DNA from: Myxococcales bacterium
GTDB taxonomy: Bacteria > Myxococcota_A > Polyangia > Polyangiales > DASUME01
Direction of reading: 5' to 3'
NCBI GenBank assembly: GCA_047601445.1
Contig: JASGJH010000001.1
Location: forward strand, 1,504,001 to 1,568,000
DNA: 64,000 nt
Both the position numbers and the translations under genes were made by a program. Positions 29,032-37,693 of the stretch are shown here, one piece after another; within the stretch, counting starts at the first letter, position 1, and each line of letters starts with the position of its first letter. Under the pieces are notes generated by a model, which searched no databases, had not been told where the DNA came from, and was given only the letters and a program-made list of their open reading frames with translations.

Positions 29032-30669
29032 ATGCAGTTTCGCTTCTTCGCTTTCGCACGCATAGGGCTCTCCATCGGCTCCGCAAGGCGTGCCCGGCTC
29101 GAGCTCCTGGCACTCGTGTTGGCCTCGGCGCAGAGCGCGCACTGTGCACCCGCGACGGCCCTCGAACCGCCCCAAGGGATGCTGCACGACGCCAGCGCCA
29201 CCCCCGATCTCGACGCTTCGGAGCCCGCGTTCGACGCGCAGCAGGAGCCTGCCCCCGACGCCTCCGTCGACGAGCCCGAGGCCGGCCGCATGCCAGACCT
29301 TCCGGGCAGCTCCGACCCGCCCCCCAACCCCTATGCTGCAGAGCGCGGGTTCGCCACGCAGCACGGCGACACCTGCGCCTCCGACACGAGCCCGCTGCCG
29401 GGCCCTGGGGCGCAGCAGGTCGACGCCAAGATGCTCGGGCTCCTCGCGGTGTGTCCCTCCGTGCTGGTGGCCTCCGACGACATGCCCATCGCGGTGTGCA
29501 CCCAGCTCGCCAATCAAACGCCGGCCATCTATCTGCTCGATCCCGCGTCGGGCAGCAGCCTGGCCTCGCGCGAGCTCACCAAGGGCATGCTCTTCGGCGG
29601 TGTGTACCCTTACCTCGATCGCCAGGATTTCCTGCTGGTAGTGGACGGTGCGCAGCAGCTCTTGCGCGTGGGCCATCGCAAGGCCTCCAACGCGAGCTGG
29701 GAGCTCTTCGTCGAGCGCAGCTTCTCGCTCGCACCGAGCGTGGAGGCGCACTGCGGGTCGAGCAGCTGCGACGGCATCGTGGGACTCGCGCCGGACTACG
29801 ACGGCCGCATCTGGTTCGCCACTGATCACGGCCTAGTGGGTGTGGTGAGCTCGTTCGCAGACCAGCCCTCGGTGAAGACCGTGAGCCTCGAGCCTGGCGA
29901 GCGCGTACTGAACAGCATTTCCACCGCCCCGGCCGGCACCGCCGTGCTCAGCGACCACGCGCTCTACCTGTTCACCGCCGACGCGAGCGGGGCGCCCACC
30001 GCGGCGTTTCGTGCCCCCTACGACCGCGGCAGCGCACGCAAGCCCGGTCAGCTGAGCCAGGGCAGCGGATCGTCCCCTACGTTCTTCGGCCCGCGCACGG
30101 GCGCCGAGTACCTCACCATCACGGACAACGCTCAACCGCTGATGAACCTGCTCGTGTACCGCAGCGACGGCGCCGGCGAGCCCATCTGCACCACGAGCGT
30201 GCCCGCGCCGGCCGGCATGGGCAGCGAGAACTCACCCATCGGCAGCGGCCGTTCCGTGATCATCGCAGGCACCTACGGCTACCCCTACCCTGCGGTCCCG
30301 GATGGCCAGGCCGAAAGCGTCCCCACCTCCGCTCCCCTCAGCGGAGGCATGGTGCGCATCGACGTGCGCGAGGACGAGTCGGGTTGTGACGTGGTGTGGA
30401 CCAACGAAATGCGCTCGAGCGCCGTGCCCAAGCTCTCGCGTGCCGACGACCTTATCTACACCATCGAGCGTCAGACGGTGGCCAAGGATGGCAGCAGCGG
30501 GCTCTTCGACGCCTACGTGTACAGCGTGATCGCGGCGGACACTGGCGACCCGGTGTACCAACAAACGCTGTCGGGGGTCACGGACACCATGCAGCTCGCG
30601 GGCACGCTGGGACCGGATCGGACCCTTTACCAGGGGACCGCCACGGGGATCGTGAGGATCACGCCCTAG
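29032..30669 (+). CDS. Secreted hypothetical protein (beta-rich, possibly a propeller)
   Basis: Long ORF with coding-like codon use; Pro/Asp linker then globular region with HGDT..SD, FGGVY, YDRGSARKPGQLS.GSGSSPTFFG and ENSP motifs; start uncertain. Confidence 0.7.
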   Translation: MQFRFFAFARIGLSIGSARRARLELLALVLASAQSAHCAPATALEPPQGMLHDASATPDLDASEPAFDAQQEPAPDASVDEPEAGRMPDLPGSSDPPPNPYAAERGFATQHGDTCASDTSPLPGPGAQQVDAKMLGLLAVCPSVLVASDDMPIAVCTQLANQTPAIYLLDPASGSSLASRELTKGMLFGGVYPYLDRQDFLLVVDGAQQLLRVGHRKASNASWELFVERSFSLAPSVEAHCGSSSCDGIVGLAPDYDGRIWFATDHGLVGVVSSFADQPSVKTVSLEPGERVLNSISTAPAGTAVLSDHALYLFTADASGAPTAAFRAPYDRGSARKPGQLSQGSGSSPTFFGPRTGAEYLTITDNAQPLMNLLVYRSDGAGEPICTTSVPAPAGMGSENSPIGSGRSVIIAGTYGYPYPAVPDGQAESVPTSAPLSGGMVRIDVREDESGCDVVWTNEMRSSAVPKLSRADDLIYTIERQTVAKDGSSGLFDAYVYSVIAADTGDPVYQQTLSGVTDTMQLAGTLGPDRTLYQGTATGIVRITP

Positions 30670-30694
30670 CCGAGGCTGACTTCGTCCGCGCCTG

Positions 30695-31312
30695 CTAGCG
30701 CATGCTGAGTGCGCGGCTCAGCTCCACGCGATTGCTCACGCTCAGCAACTCGTACACGCGCTTGAGGTGGAACTTGACGGTGTTGCTCGAGACGCCGAGC
30801 TGGGACCCGATCTGCTGCGAGGTATTGCCTTGCGCCGCCAGCCTCGCCACGCGTTCCTGCATCTCCGAGAGCTTCACGCCCTTGGGCGCGTGCTCGATGC
30901 GTTTGAGCACCGCCAGGTAGTAGCTCCCGCTGCGGTGGACCATGCGGACCAGCTGCACGTCCAAGTCTTCGATGCGCGCCTGGGCGCGCTGGGCGCCGTT
31001 GGCCATGCGCACGACGCCGGCCAGGGCCACCGTGATGCGCTGCCCCTCGGCCTGGAGCGGAAAACCCTCCGAGGCGCACAGCGCTTGGCCATCCATGGCC
31101 AGCTGTACGTAACGTGGCTCACACCAGGGGTCTTCGGCCGGGCTCTCCGTTTGGGGCGCAACCGGGCTCGACGCGGGCTCGGCGGGCGGCTCCTCGGCCA
31201 GCACGCTGTGCCGAACTCCCGAGGGCTGCTCTTCGCCAAATGCTTGAGATCGCACGGCTGTCGCCTCTTGCGGGATCAGCCGCGGCTCGAATTTCCCCCC
31301 ACGCACAGCCAT
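30695..31312 (-). CDS. LuxR-family HTH transcriptional regulator
   Basis: C-terminal LSEMQERVARLAAQGNTSQQIGSQLGVSSNTVKFHLKRVYELLSVSNR. Confidence 0.85.
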   Translation of the reverse strand: MAVRGGKFEPRLIPQEATAVRSQAFGEEQPSGVRHSVLAEEPPAEPASSPVAPQTESPAEDPWCEPRYVQLAMDGQALCASEGFPLQAEGQRITVALAGVVRMANGAQRAQARIEDLDVQLVRMVHRSGSYYLAVLKRIEHAPKGVKLSEMQERVARLAAQGNTSQQIGSQLGVSSNTVKFHLKRVYELLSVSNRVELSRALSMR

Positions 31313-31453
31313 TTCGTAGCCCTAACGTTACCACCGACCCAAGCGGACAAATCAAGTCATGAAGTGTTTGAAATTGGGGGCGGCGTCAACGCGACGCGGA
31401 TTGACCCCATCGGCGCGAGGGCTGCGCGCCGGGCGGGGCCTCACGACGCGCGA

Positions 31454-32119
31454 CTAAACCTTCACGGTGAGCTCCACGTCCTCACCGAAGGGCAACGACA
31501 GGAAGCCCGACCCGGCCGCCCGTACCCGCGCGAGATAGGCGGGGCAAGCGTCGGCGTTGTCGGCCACCAAGAACGAGCCCGGACGCAACCGCGCCGAGAC
31601 CAGGTCCAGGATCTGCCCGTAGAGCGCCTTGTGCCCGTCGAGCAGCACTCCGTCGATGCGGTCCGGGAGATCCCGGGCCAGCGTCTCGAGCGCGTCGCCC
31701 TCGCGGATATCCACCAAGTCCGCAAGGCCCGCCGCTTCCAGGTTGCGCCGTGCGTGGGCAAGCTTCGAGGGCTCGAACTCACTGCCGACCAGCAGGCCCC
31801 CACCGTTGTCGCGCAGCGCGGCGACCAGGTGCAGCGTCGAGATACCGAACGAGGTGCCGTACTCGACCAACGCGCGCGCTCCGTTGCTGCGCGCGAGCAT
31901 GTACAGGAGCTGCCCGGTCTCCGGCGAGATGGGCATGTGGATGTCCTTGGCCTGCGCGTAGAAGCCCCGGTAGTCGGCGTTCGGGTCGCTCATGCGCGCG
32001 CGACGCTCTTCCGGTGAGAGGTGCCCGAACATCTCACGCAGCTTGGCGCCGCTGCGAGCGGCGTCGGCGAACAGGGTTTGGATCAAGGGGGCGACAGGCG
32101 GATTGAGCAGAGTGTTCAC
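31454..32119 (-). CDS. O-methyltransferase (class I SAM-dependent)
   Basis: VEYGTSFGISTL, GSEFEPSK, EGDALETL and LLDGHK.LY motifs; GGAG upstream of the GTG. Confidence 0.9.
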   Translation of the reverse strand: MNTLLNPPVAPLIQTLFADAARSGAKLREMFGHLSPEERRARMSDPNADYRGFYAQAKDIHMPISPETGQLLYMLARSNGARALVEYGTSFGISTLHLVAALRDNGGGLLVGSEFEPSKLAHARRNLEAAGLADLVDIREGDALETLARDLPDRIDGVLLDGHKALYGQILDLVSARLRPGSFLVADNADACPAYLARVRAAGSGFLSLPFGEDVELTVKV

Positions 32120-32161
32120 GGGAATCTCCTTGGCTTTTGCGTTCGGCGCCGATAGGGACAG

Positions 32162-32196
32162 AATACGAATGATCCTTCGCGTTCACCATTCGCGTT
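32162..32196. promoter_or_regulatory. Probable TetR operator in the divergent promoter
   Basis: Imperfect palindrome AATACGAA-TGATCC-TTCGCGTT (32162-32183) plus a second TTCGCGTT half-site (32189-32196) between the divergent O-methyltransferase and TetR genes. Confidence 0.55.
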
Positions 32197-32209
32197 CGGA
32201 GAAGCCCCC

Positions 32210-32878
32210 ATGGTTCAACGCAAAAAACCCAGCGTCGCCGCGCGAAAAGCCCCACGACAGGCGCGCTCGAATCGGCTCGTGGAGGCCATTCTCGAGGCTG
32301 CCGTTCGCGTTCTCTCGCACGAGGGCGCGGCCGCATTCACCACCAGCCGGGTGGCCGAGCGAGCCGGCGTCAGCGTGGGCTCGCTGTACCAGTACTTTCC
32401 CAACAAGCAGGCGATTCTGTTTCGCTTGCAGACCGACGAGTGGGAAGCGACCGGCAGCATGCTCGACGCCATCCTGCTCGACACCCGCCAGAAGCCACGG
32501 GCGCGCCTGCACGCCGCGGTCCTGGCGTTCTTTCGTTCCGAGGTGGACGAGGCGCCGTTGCGCCGCGCGCTGGGCGATGCTGCCCCCCTCTATCGCGACT
32601 CGCCCCAGGCGCGCGAGAAGCGCCGTCGCGGCATGCCGGTGCTGGTGCGCTTCGTCGAGGAGCTCGCCCCACGGCTCCCGCCGCGCAAGCGGGCCTTTGC
32701 GAGTGAGCTTTTGGTGGCCTTGATGACGTCGCTTGGCAAGCAGGTGTCCGAGAGCGACCGCAGCCCCCAACAGGTGGAAGCCTGGGCCGAGGCAGCGGCC
32801 GACATGTTCCTCGCCTACCTCATACAATCCCAGCGCGGAGAGCAGAAGGCACGGCGAGCTCCGGCCCGGAAAGCGTGA
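32210..32878 (+). CDS. TetR-family transcriptional regulator
   Basis: PRQARS...ILEAA...FTTSRVAERAGVSVGSLYQYFPNK HTH; divergent from the O-methyltransferase. Confidence 0.93.
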   Translation: MVQRKKPSVAARKAPRQARSNRLVEAILEAAVRVLSHEGAAAFTTSRVAERAGVSVGSLYQYFPNKQAILFRLQTDEWEATGSMLDAILLDTRQKPRARLHAAVLAFFRSEVDEAPLRRALGDAAPLYRDSPQAREKRRRGMPVLVRFVEELAPRLPPRKRAFASELLVALMTSLGKQVSESDRSPQQVEAWAEAAADMFLAYLIQSQRGEQKARRAPARKA

Positions 32879-33068
32879 GCTCGTCTTCCACATGGCGGAC
32901 GCTGTAGGTCCCTATCGGAAGCGCTGTGTAACCGGCCTCGCCGGAGCGCCGGTGGGCGGCTCGCTCCGTGGCGACGTCATGGTCAGCGTTACACCGATGC
33001 ACGCGAACGCGCGCGCAACCGTGATAGCCTCGAGGGCGTTTTTCTTCGGGGGGCGGGCCCATCCATCT

Positions 33069-35648
33069 ATGCAGAGCAGTCTGTGGTTTCGTCAGGTTTG
33101 TCTGGTCCAGTGTTGCGCAATCCTTTGGCTGGTCGGGTGCTCCAAGTCCGATGACAAGACCGCTGAGCTAACGGGTGAGGAAGCTGCCCCGGATTGCGAC
33201 GCGGGGACCTGCGCCGCCAACCAGCCCGCGACCGACTGGAGCGCGCAGCAGCCGGTCTATTCCGCGCAGCTCAAGCTCGTCGACGAGGGTGGCAAGGCCA
33301 TCGCCAACGCCCACGTCGAGGTGGAGAACCTGGCCACCACGACGAACGCCGACGGCCGCGCTGTGATAGGCCCCATCGACGCTGGATCCTCCGCCAAGAT
33401 CAAGGCCTCCTCCGACGGCAAAGTGCCCCACGTCGGCAAGACCGACGTGTCCAAATCTGGACAAAAGAACCAGCAGATCACCTTGCTCCCGCTGAGCACG
33501 AGCAAGGAGGTCGACGCCCAGCAGGCCATCGTGGTCACCGACGACAAGGCTCGCGTCGACGTGAAGGCCAATGCGCTGACCCGCAAGGACGGCACGCGTC
33601 CCGACAAGGCCAAGCTCGAAATCGCCTCGCAGCACCCCGCAGACCTTCCCGAGTCCGCCCGCGTCGGCTCGCCTGAAGCGTTCACGCGCCTGGGCACTCC
33701 CAGCTTCCTCAAGCAGATCTTCACCCTCGCCTACGTGCGCTTCACGGACCTGGCGGGCCAAGAGCTGAACCTGGTGGCGGGCCAGCCCGCGCAGCTCGCG
33801 CTGCGGCTGCCGAGTCAGGCCAGCGCCAAGGTCGGCGACACGATGCCGCTCTGGTACCTGGATGAGGAGAAGGTGCAATGGCAGGAGCAGGGCTCGTGCA
33901 AGGTCTCCCAGCGCATGCTGAACGGCCAAGCCGTGCGCTTCTGCGAGGGCTTGGTTGCTCACTTCTCCTACTGGGCCATCGCGGACGCGGTCGACATCGA
34001 GCAACCCAACCAGATGGGCTGCTTCAAGATGACCTCGAGCCTGACGGACACGGGCTGTGATCACTACGAGATCGAGGGGTGGATCTTGGGCGGCTGCGAT
34101 GCTCAGGGCCAGGCATGCGTCTCGGTGGACTACGCGTTCCCGTTCGTACGCGGCGCGGGCCAGCCGGAGTTCTGCGCAGTGACTCCCATTTACCCGACCT
34201 ATCGCCTGACCGTTCTTTACGATCACCAGATCAAGTCCGACGGCACCTGCAGCACGAAGAAGGTGACGACGAAGAACACCGGCCACAAGATCAAGGTCAG
34301 CGACCCGTTCAGCCTGGCGTCCTTCCAGAGCACGCTCGCCTCGAAGTTCATGCTGGGCTTCGTCTACAATCAGCAGCGCGATTGCGACGAGCTGTGTACG
34401 CAGGTGTCGATCACGCTCTCGGGCGACGACGGCAGCTGGACCGACCAGGACGACGACGGATCCTTCAAGATCTACGACAATGCGGGCTCGGTCTACGGGC
34501 TGCTCACGGACTGCAACGACGCCGACCCCGCCGTGCACCCAGGACAGGTGGAGGTCTTCTGCACCACCGGGGACGCGAACTGTGACGGCGTCATGGGCGC
34601 GGGTGCCAAGAGCCAAGCGGGCGTGGACGCCAGCAGCTGGAACTCCTGGTGCGCCTGGTGTCAGGCCAACGCTGGCCCCATTCAGACGAGCCCCGAGGTG
34701 GCCGGCAACGACTTTGACGAAGACTGCATGGGCGGCCTCAGCGACCGCGACGGTGACGGCGTGGAGGCTCCCGCGGACTGCGACGACCTCGACCCTGGCG
34801 CGAATCCGAACCTGCCCGAAGTGGCCGGCAACTACGCCGACGAGAATTGCGACGCCTTCGTGGCCGATGCCGACGACGACGGTTGGTACGCGGCGAGCGA
34901 CAAGCCCCGGGCGGAGGAACTGCAGCTCGACTCCACGCAGTTCCGCGACTGCAACGACTACGACTCGGCCACCAACCCCGGTGCGAACCCGATGGACGAG
35001 GCCGGCTCGCTCGGGACCTATTACTATCGGACCACCAACGGCGAGACCCGACGTAGCGCGAACTTCTGCTTCCTGTTCGACGGAGACGGGCAGCCCACTG
35101 GACAGTTCTACGACGTGGTGGGTGATCTCAACTGCGACGGCTTCCGCACGGACATGGACGGCGACGGACTCACCGCGACCGGCGACGTGACCCTGGACAC
35201 GCCGGACAAGGTCGTCAGCATCGATTGCGACGACCGCGACCCCCGCGTGGGGGCGGCCGAGAACGGCACCTGCCCTGCGCCTCAACCCGCCACGGCCAAC
35301 GACCGTGACTGCGCGGTGCGGACCCCCAAGTGCGCACCCATGAGCGTGTCGAGCACCGTGGTGACGCCCATCTGCAGCGACACCACCGACAACAACATGC
35401 AGCTCACCGGCATGGGCGTGTGCGCGTACCCCAGCTGGCCCGAGGGCAACCCGCTCGCCATCGAACCCGGCAAGGTCTGGGGTCCCTGCGACGGCGCCGA
35501 CCCCGCGCTCCCCGAGTGCCCGAGCAACTCGCTGTGCCTGGGCCCGCTGAGCTACACGCCCGAGTTCACGGCGTACATGGAGGCAAACTACACGAACGGC
35601 GCCAAGCTCTTCTTCCAGGGCATGTGCTTCCCCAACTGCCAGCTCTGA
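33069..35648 (+). CDS. Large secreted lipoprotein: carboxypeptidase-regulatory-like domain, HFS-motif domain, MopE-like putative metal-binding repeats
   Basis: Lipobox WLVGC; TTNADGRA; LWYLDEEK.QW.EQG...VAHFSYW; repeats DCNDADPAVHPG, DCDDLDPGANP, DCNDYDSATNPG, DCDDRDP. Confidence 0.8.
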   Translation: MQSSLWFRQVCLVQCCAILWLVGCSKSDDKTAELTGEEAAPDCDAGTCAANQPATDWSAQQPVYSAQLKLVDEGGKAIANAHVEVENLATTTNADGRAVIGPIDAGSSAKIKASSDGKVPHVGKTDVSKSGQKNQQITLLPLSTSKEVDAQQAIVVTDDKARVDVKANALTRKDGTRPDKAKLEIASQHPADLPESARVGSPEAFTRLGTPSFLKQIFTLAYVRFTDLAGQELNLVAGQPAQLALRLPSQASAKVGDTMPLWYLDEEKVQWQEQGSCKVSQRMLNGQAVRFCEGLVAHFSYWAIADAVDIEQPNQMGCFKMTSSLTDTGCDHYEIEGWILGGCDAQGQACVSVDYAFPFVRGAGQPEFCAVTPIYPTYRLTVLYDHQIKSDGTCSTKKVTTKNTGHKIKVSDPFSLASFQSTLASKFMLGFVYNQQRDCDELCTQVSITLSGDDGSWTDQDDDGSFKIYDNAGSVYGLLTDCNDADPAVHPGQVEVFCTTGDANCDGVMGAGAKSQAGVDASSWNSWCAWCQANAGPIQTSPEVAGNDFDEDCMGGLSDRDGDGVEAPADCDDLDPGANPNLPEVAGNYADENCDAFVADADDDGWYAASDKPRAEELQLDSTQFRDCNDYDSATNPGANPMDEAGSLGTYYYRTTNGETRRSANFCFLFDGDGQPTGQFYDVVGDLNCDGFRTDMDGDGLTATGDVTLDTPDKVVSIDCDDRDPRVGAAENGTCPAPQPATANDRDCAVRTPKCAPMSVSSTVVTPICSDTTDNNMQLTGMGVCAYPSWPEGNPLAIEPGKVWGPCDGADPALPECPSNSLCLGPLSYTPEFTAYMEANYTNGAKLFFQGMCFPNCQL
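34441..35250 (+). repeat. Intragenic DxDxDG / DCxDxDP (MopE-like) peptide repeats
   Basis: At least four DC[ND]D motifs, several preceded by DxDxDG; also EVAGN twice. Confidence 0.7.
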
Positions 35649-35733
35649 GAGCCCCACGCCCTGGTGCGCGCGGAGTTTCATCCTCCGCCCTGCGCACCGA
35701 GGGCGCGCGAGGTGCCGCGACGTGCGCGTGGAC

Positions 35734-36408
35734 TCAGCGCGGACCGGCGTCGGCGTCGCAGTCGACGCGCTCGAGGCGCCAGCGCGGGTTGCGGTTGTCG
35801 ACGCCGACCATGTTGTCGACGTAGGCCGTGTCCGCCAACCAAACACCGAGTTTGCCGCCCTGGTGCTTGAAGGCCGTGGGCTTGAGCGCCAGGTTGGCCT
35901 GCACGCAGGCTTCGAAGTCCTCGAACGCACCGTCGGTGACGAGATGTCCGACCGTGCCCGGAGCCCGCACCAGCCGCGAGCCGGTGGTGGCGCCCACGAA
36001 CCAGGCGTAGTCGTCGTTGGGCGAGGCGTAGGCGTTGACGGTCCAGCCCTGATTGCCACTGTATTTCATGCAGCCATCTTCGTAGACCACACGATAGGTC
36101 CCGGCGTTCAGGTCGGCGCCGTCTGCAAAGTAGGTGATGTGCCCGAACACATCGAGCGTGCCCGTGGTGGCGCTGTTCTGCGCGCTGCCGAGTCGACAGC
36201 GCTCGTCCACGAACACGGTGTCCGAGCCGTCAGGGACGTCGAGCGGATCGAACGCCGCGTCCGCCCCCGCATCGTGGGGACCGTCGCCATCCCCGCCGCC
36301 GTCCATTCCCGGCTTCACGTTCATCAGCTCGGACGAGCCGCCATCGCTGCCGCATCCCCACGCACTGGCCGACATCAAACCCACGACCGCTAACCATGTC
36401 GCCCTCAT
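35734..36408 (-). CDS. Hypothetical lipoprotein
   Basis: Signal MRATWLAVVGLMSASAWGC; DGG/DAG linker then globular domain with four Cys; alternative start at 36468. Confidence 0.7.
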   Translation of the reverse strand: MRATWLAVVGLMSASAWGCGSDGGSSELMNVKPGMDGGGDGDGPHDAGADAAFDPLDVPDGSDTVFVDERCRLGSAQNSATTGTLDVFGHITYFADGADLNAGTYRVVYEDGCMKYSGNQGWTVNAYASPNDDYAWFVGATTGSRLVRAPGTVGHLVTDGAFEDFEACVQANLALKPTAFKHQGGKLGVWLADTAYVDNMVGVDNRNPRWRLERVDCDADAGPR

Positions 36409-36890
36409 CGCTCGTCTCTTCCTATCCGCTGCGTTTGCCGCGCCGTGCGGAAGCTCATGGAAGCGCACGGTGGGTTCAGACTACTCCTCGAGCGCCGTCG
36501 AAATAAACCCACGCTTCCCGCGACTCCCGCCACCTGTGGGGAAGCTTGCTCACGCTCCCGAGCGCGCAGCGAAGACCCGCAGCGAACTCCTCCTTGGGGA
36601 TGCGGTTTTGATCGTGAGCACTCCGAGCAAGCGTCGGAGCAGGCAACGTGGCGCCCGCCCGGCGCGCGGCTTTCTAGCGGCAATTGGTGACGTGCGTGGC
36701 CGGGCATGCCGAGCCGGGGAATGCAGCGGCTCCCATTTTGCGGTGACCTCACGCAGCACACAGGAATCTGGCGTCGCTGATCCGAGCCGGTGCACATGCA
36801 TGCGTGCTCGTGGATGCCCCAAACGAGGAGCAAGTTCGCCCCCAAATCGCAGCGCGCGGTTCGGTAGGTGAGAGTCTTCCGGGAACCACA

Positions 36891-36929
36891 ATGCGCCACG
36901 CGCAAAATCTGCGCGTCCGTTGGGCGCAC
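36891..36929 (-). terminator. Strong hairpin 3' of the HAD gene (terminator or stability stem)
   Basis: TGCGCC/GGCGCA and ACGCGCA/TGCGCGT stems about 25 nt after the HAD stop; U-tract is weak. Confidence 0.4.
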
Positions 36930-36951
36930 CACAGAAGGACTCGAAATGTCG

Positions 36952-37641
36952 TCAGCGTGGGCCGCGCGTCCGAGCGCCCAGATCGTCCGCGATCATGGCG
37001 TCGATCAGCTCGACCACGCCCTGACCTGCGCCCCCTTGCGTGACCCGATCGGCGCACGTCTTGAGCTGCGGCAGCGCATCGGCGACCGCGACCCCAAAGC
37101 CGGCCGCCGCGAGGAGCACGTGATCGTTTTCGGCATCCCCCACGGCCACCGTTTGGCCCGACGTGAGCCCGAGTTCGGTGAGCGCAGCGGTCAGACCGCT
37201 CGCCTTATCGACACCGCTCGGGAGGATCATCGCGGACCCTTTGTTCAAGATCACGCGCAGCGTGAGCCCGAGTTCCTGGATCACCGCCAGCGCGACGTTC
37301 GACTCGGCTTCGTCGCACGCCACGATACAGCGGCCGCGCTCGAAGCGGACGCCACGCTCGCGCAGCACGCGAAGAAAGGGGTCGGGAGGCTCGGGGGCGA
37401 GCAAGCGCTCTTCACGGGTCTGCGGGTCGAACAGCAGCGCACCGTTCTCGGCAACGATGCGTGCGCACAGGCTGTACTCGGGAAAGATCTGGCGCAGGTC
37501 AGGCAGCCGACGTCCAGTGACCAACAAGAAACGTCGACCGCTAGCCCGCAAGCGCTCGATGGCTGCGACCGTTTCGGGGGCCGTGCGCGCATCCTCCGCA
37601 AGCGTTCCATCGTAGTCCGACGCGAGGGCCCGAAAACGCAT
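36952..37641 (-). CDS. HAD-superfamily hydrolase (subfamily IIB)
   Basis: ASDYDGT (motif I), VTGR, AENGA, GVDKASG, VGDAEND. Confidence 0.92.
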   Translation of the reverse strand: MRFRALASDYDGTLAEDARTAPETVAAIERLRASGRRFLLVTGRRLPDLRQIFPEYSLCARIVAENGALLFDPQTREERLLAPEPPDPFLRVLRERGVRFERGRCIVACDEAESNVALAVIQELGLTLRVILNKGSAMILPSGVDKASGLTAALTELGLTSGQTVAVGDAENDHVLLAAAGFGVAVADALPQLKTCADRVTQGGAGQGVVELIDAMIADDLGARTRGPR

Positions 37642-37693
37642 GTCACGACTACTCAACCACGGCCCGAGCGCCGCGCAAGCAACATCCGAGTCC

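Noticed and set aside
33168..36059. 963-aa minus-strand ORF; likewise 12021-13898 (-), 22056-24377 (+) and 59765-61921 (+)
   Set aside because: These are antisense shadows of well-supported genes, expected from GC-rich codon bias, and have no recognisable motifs
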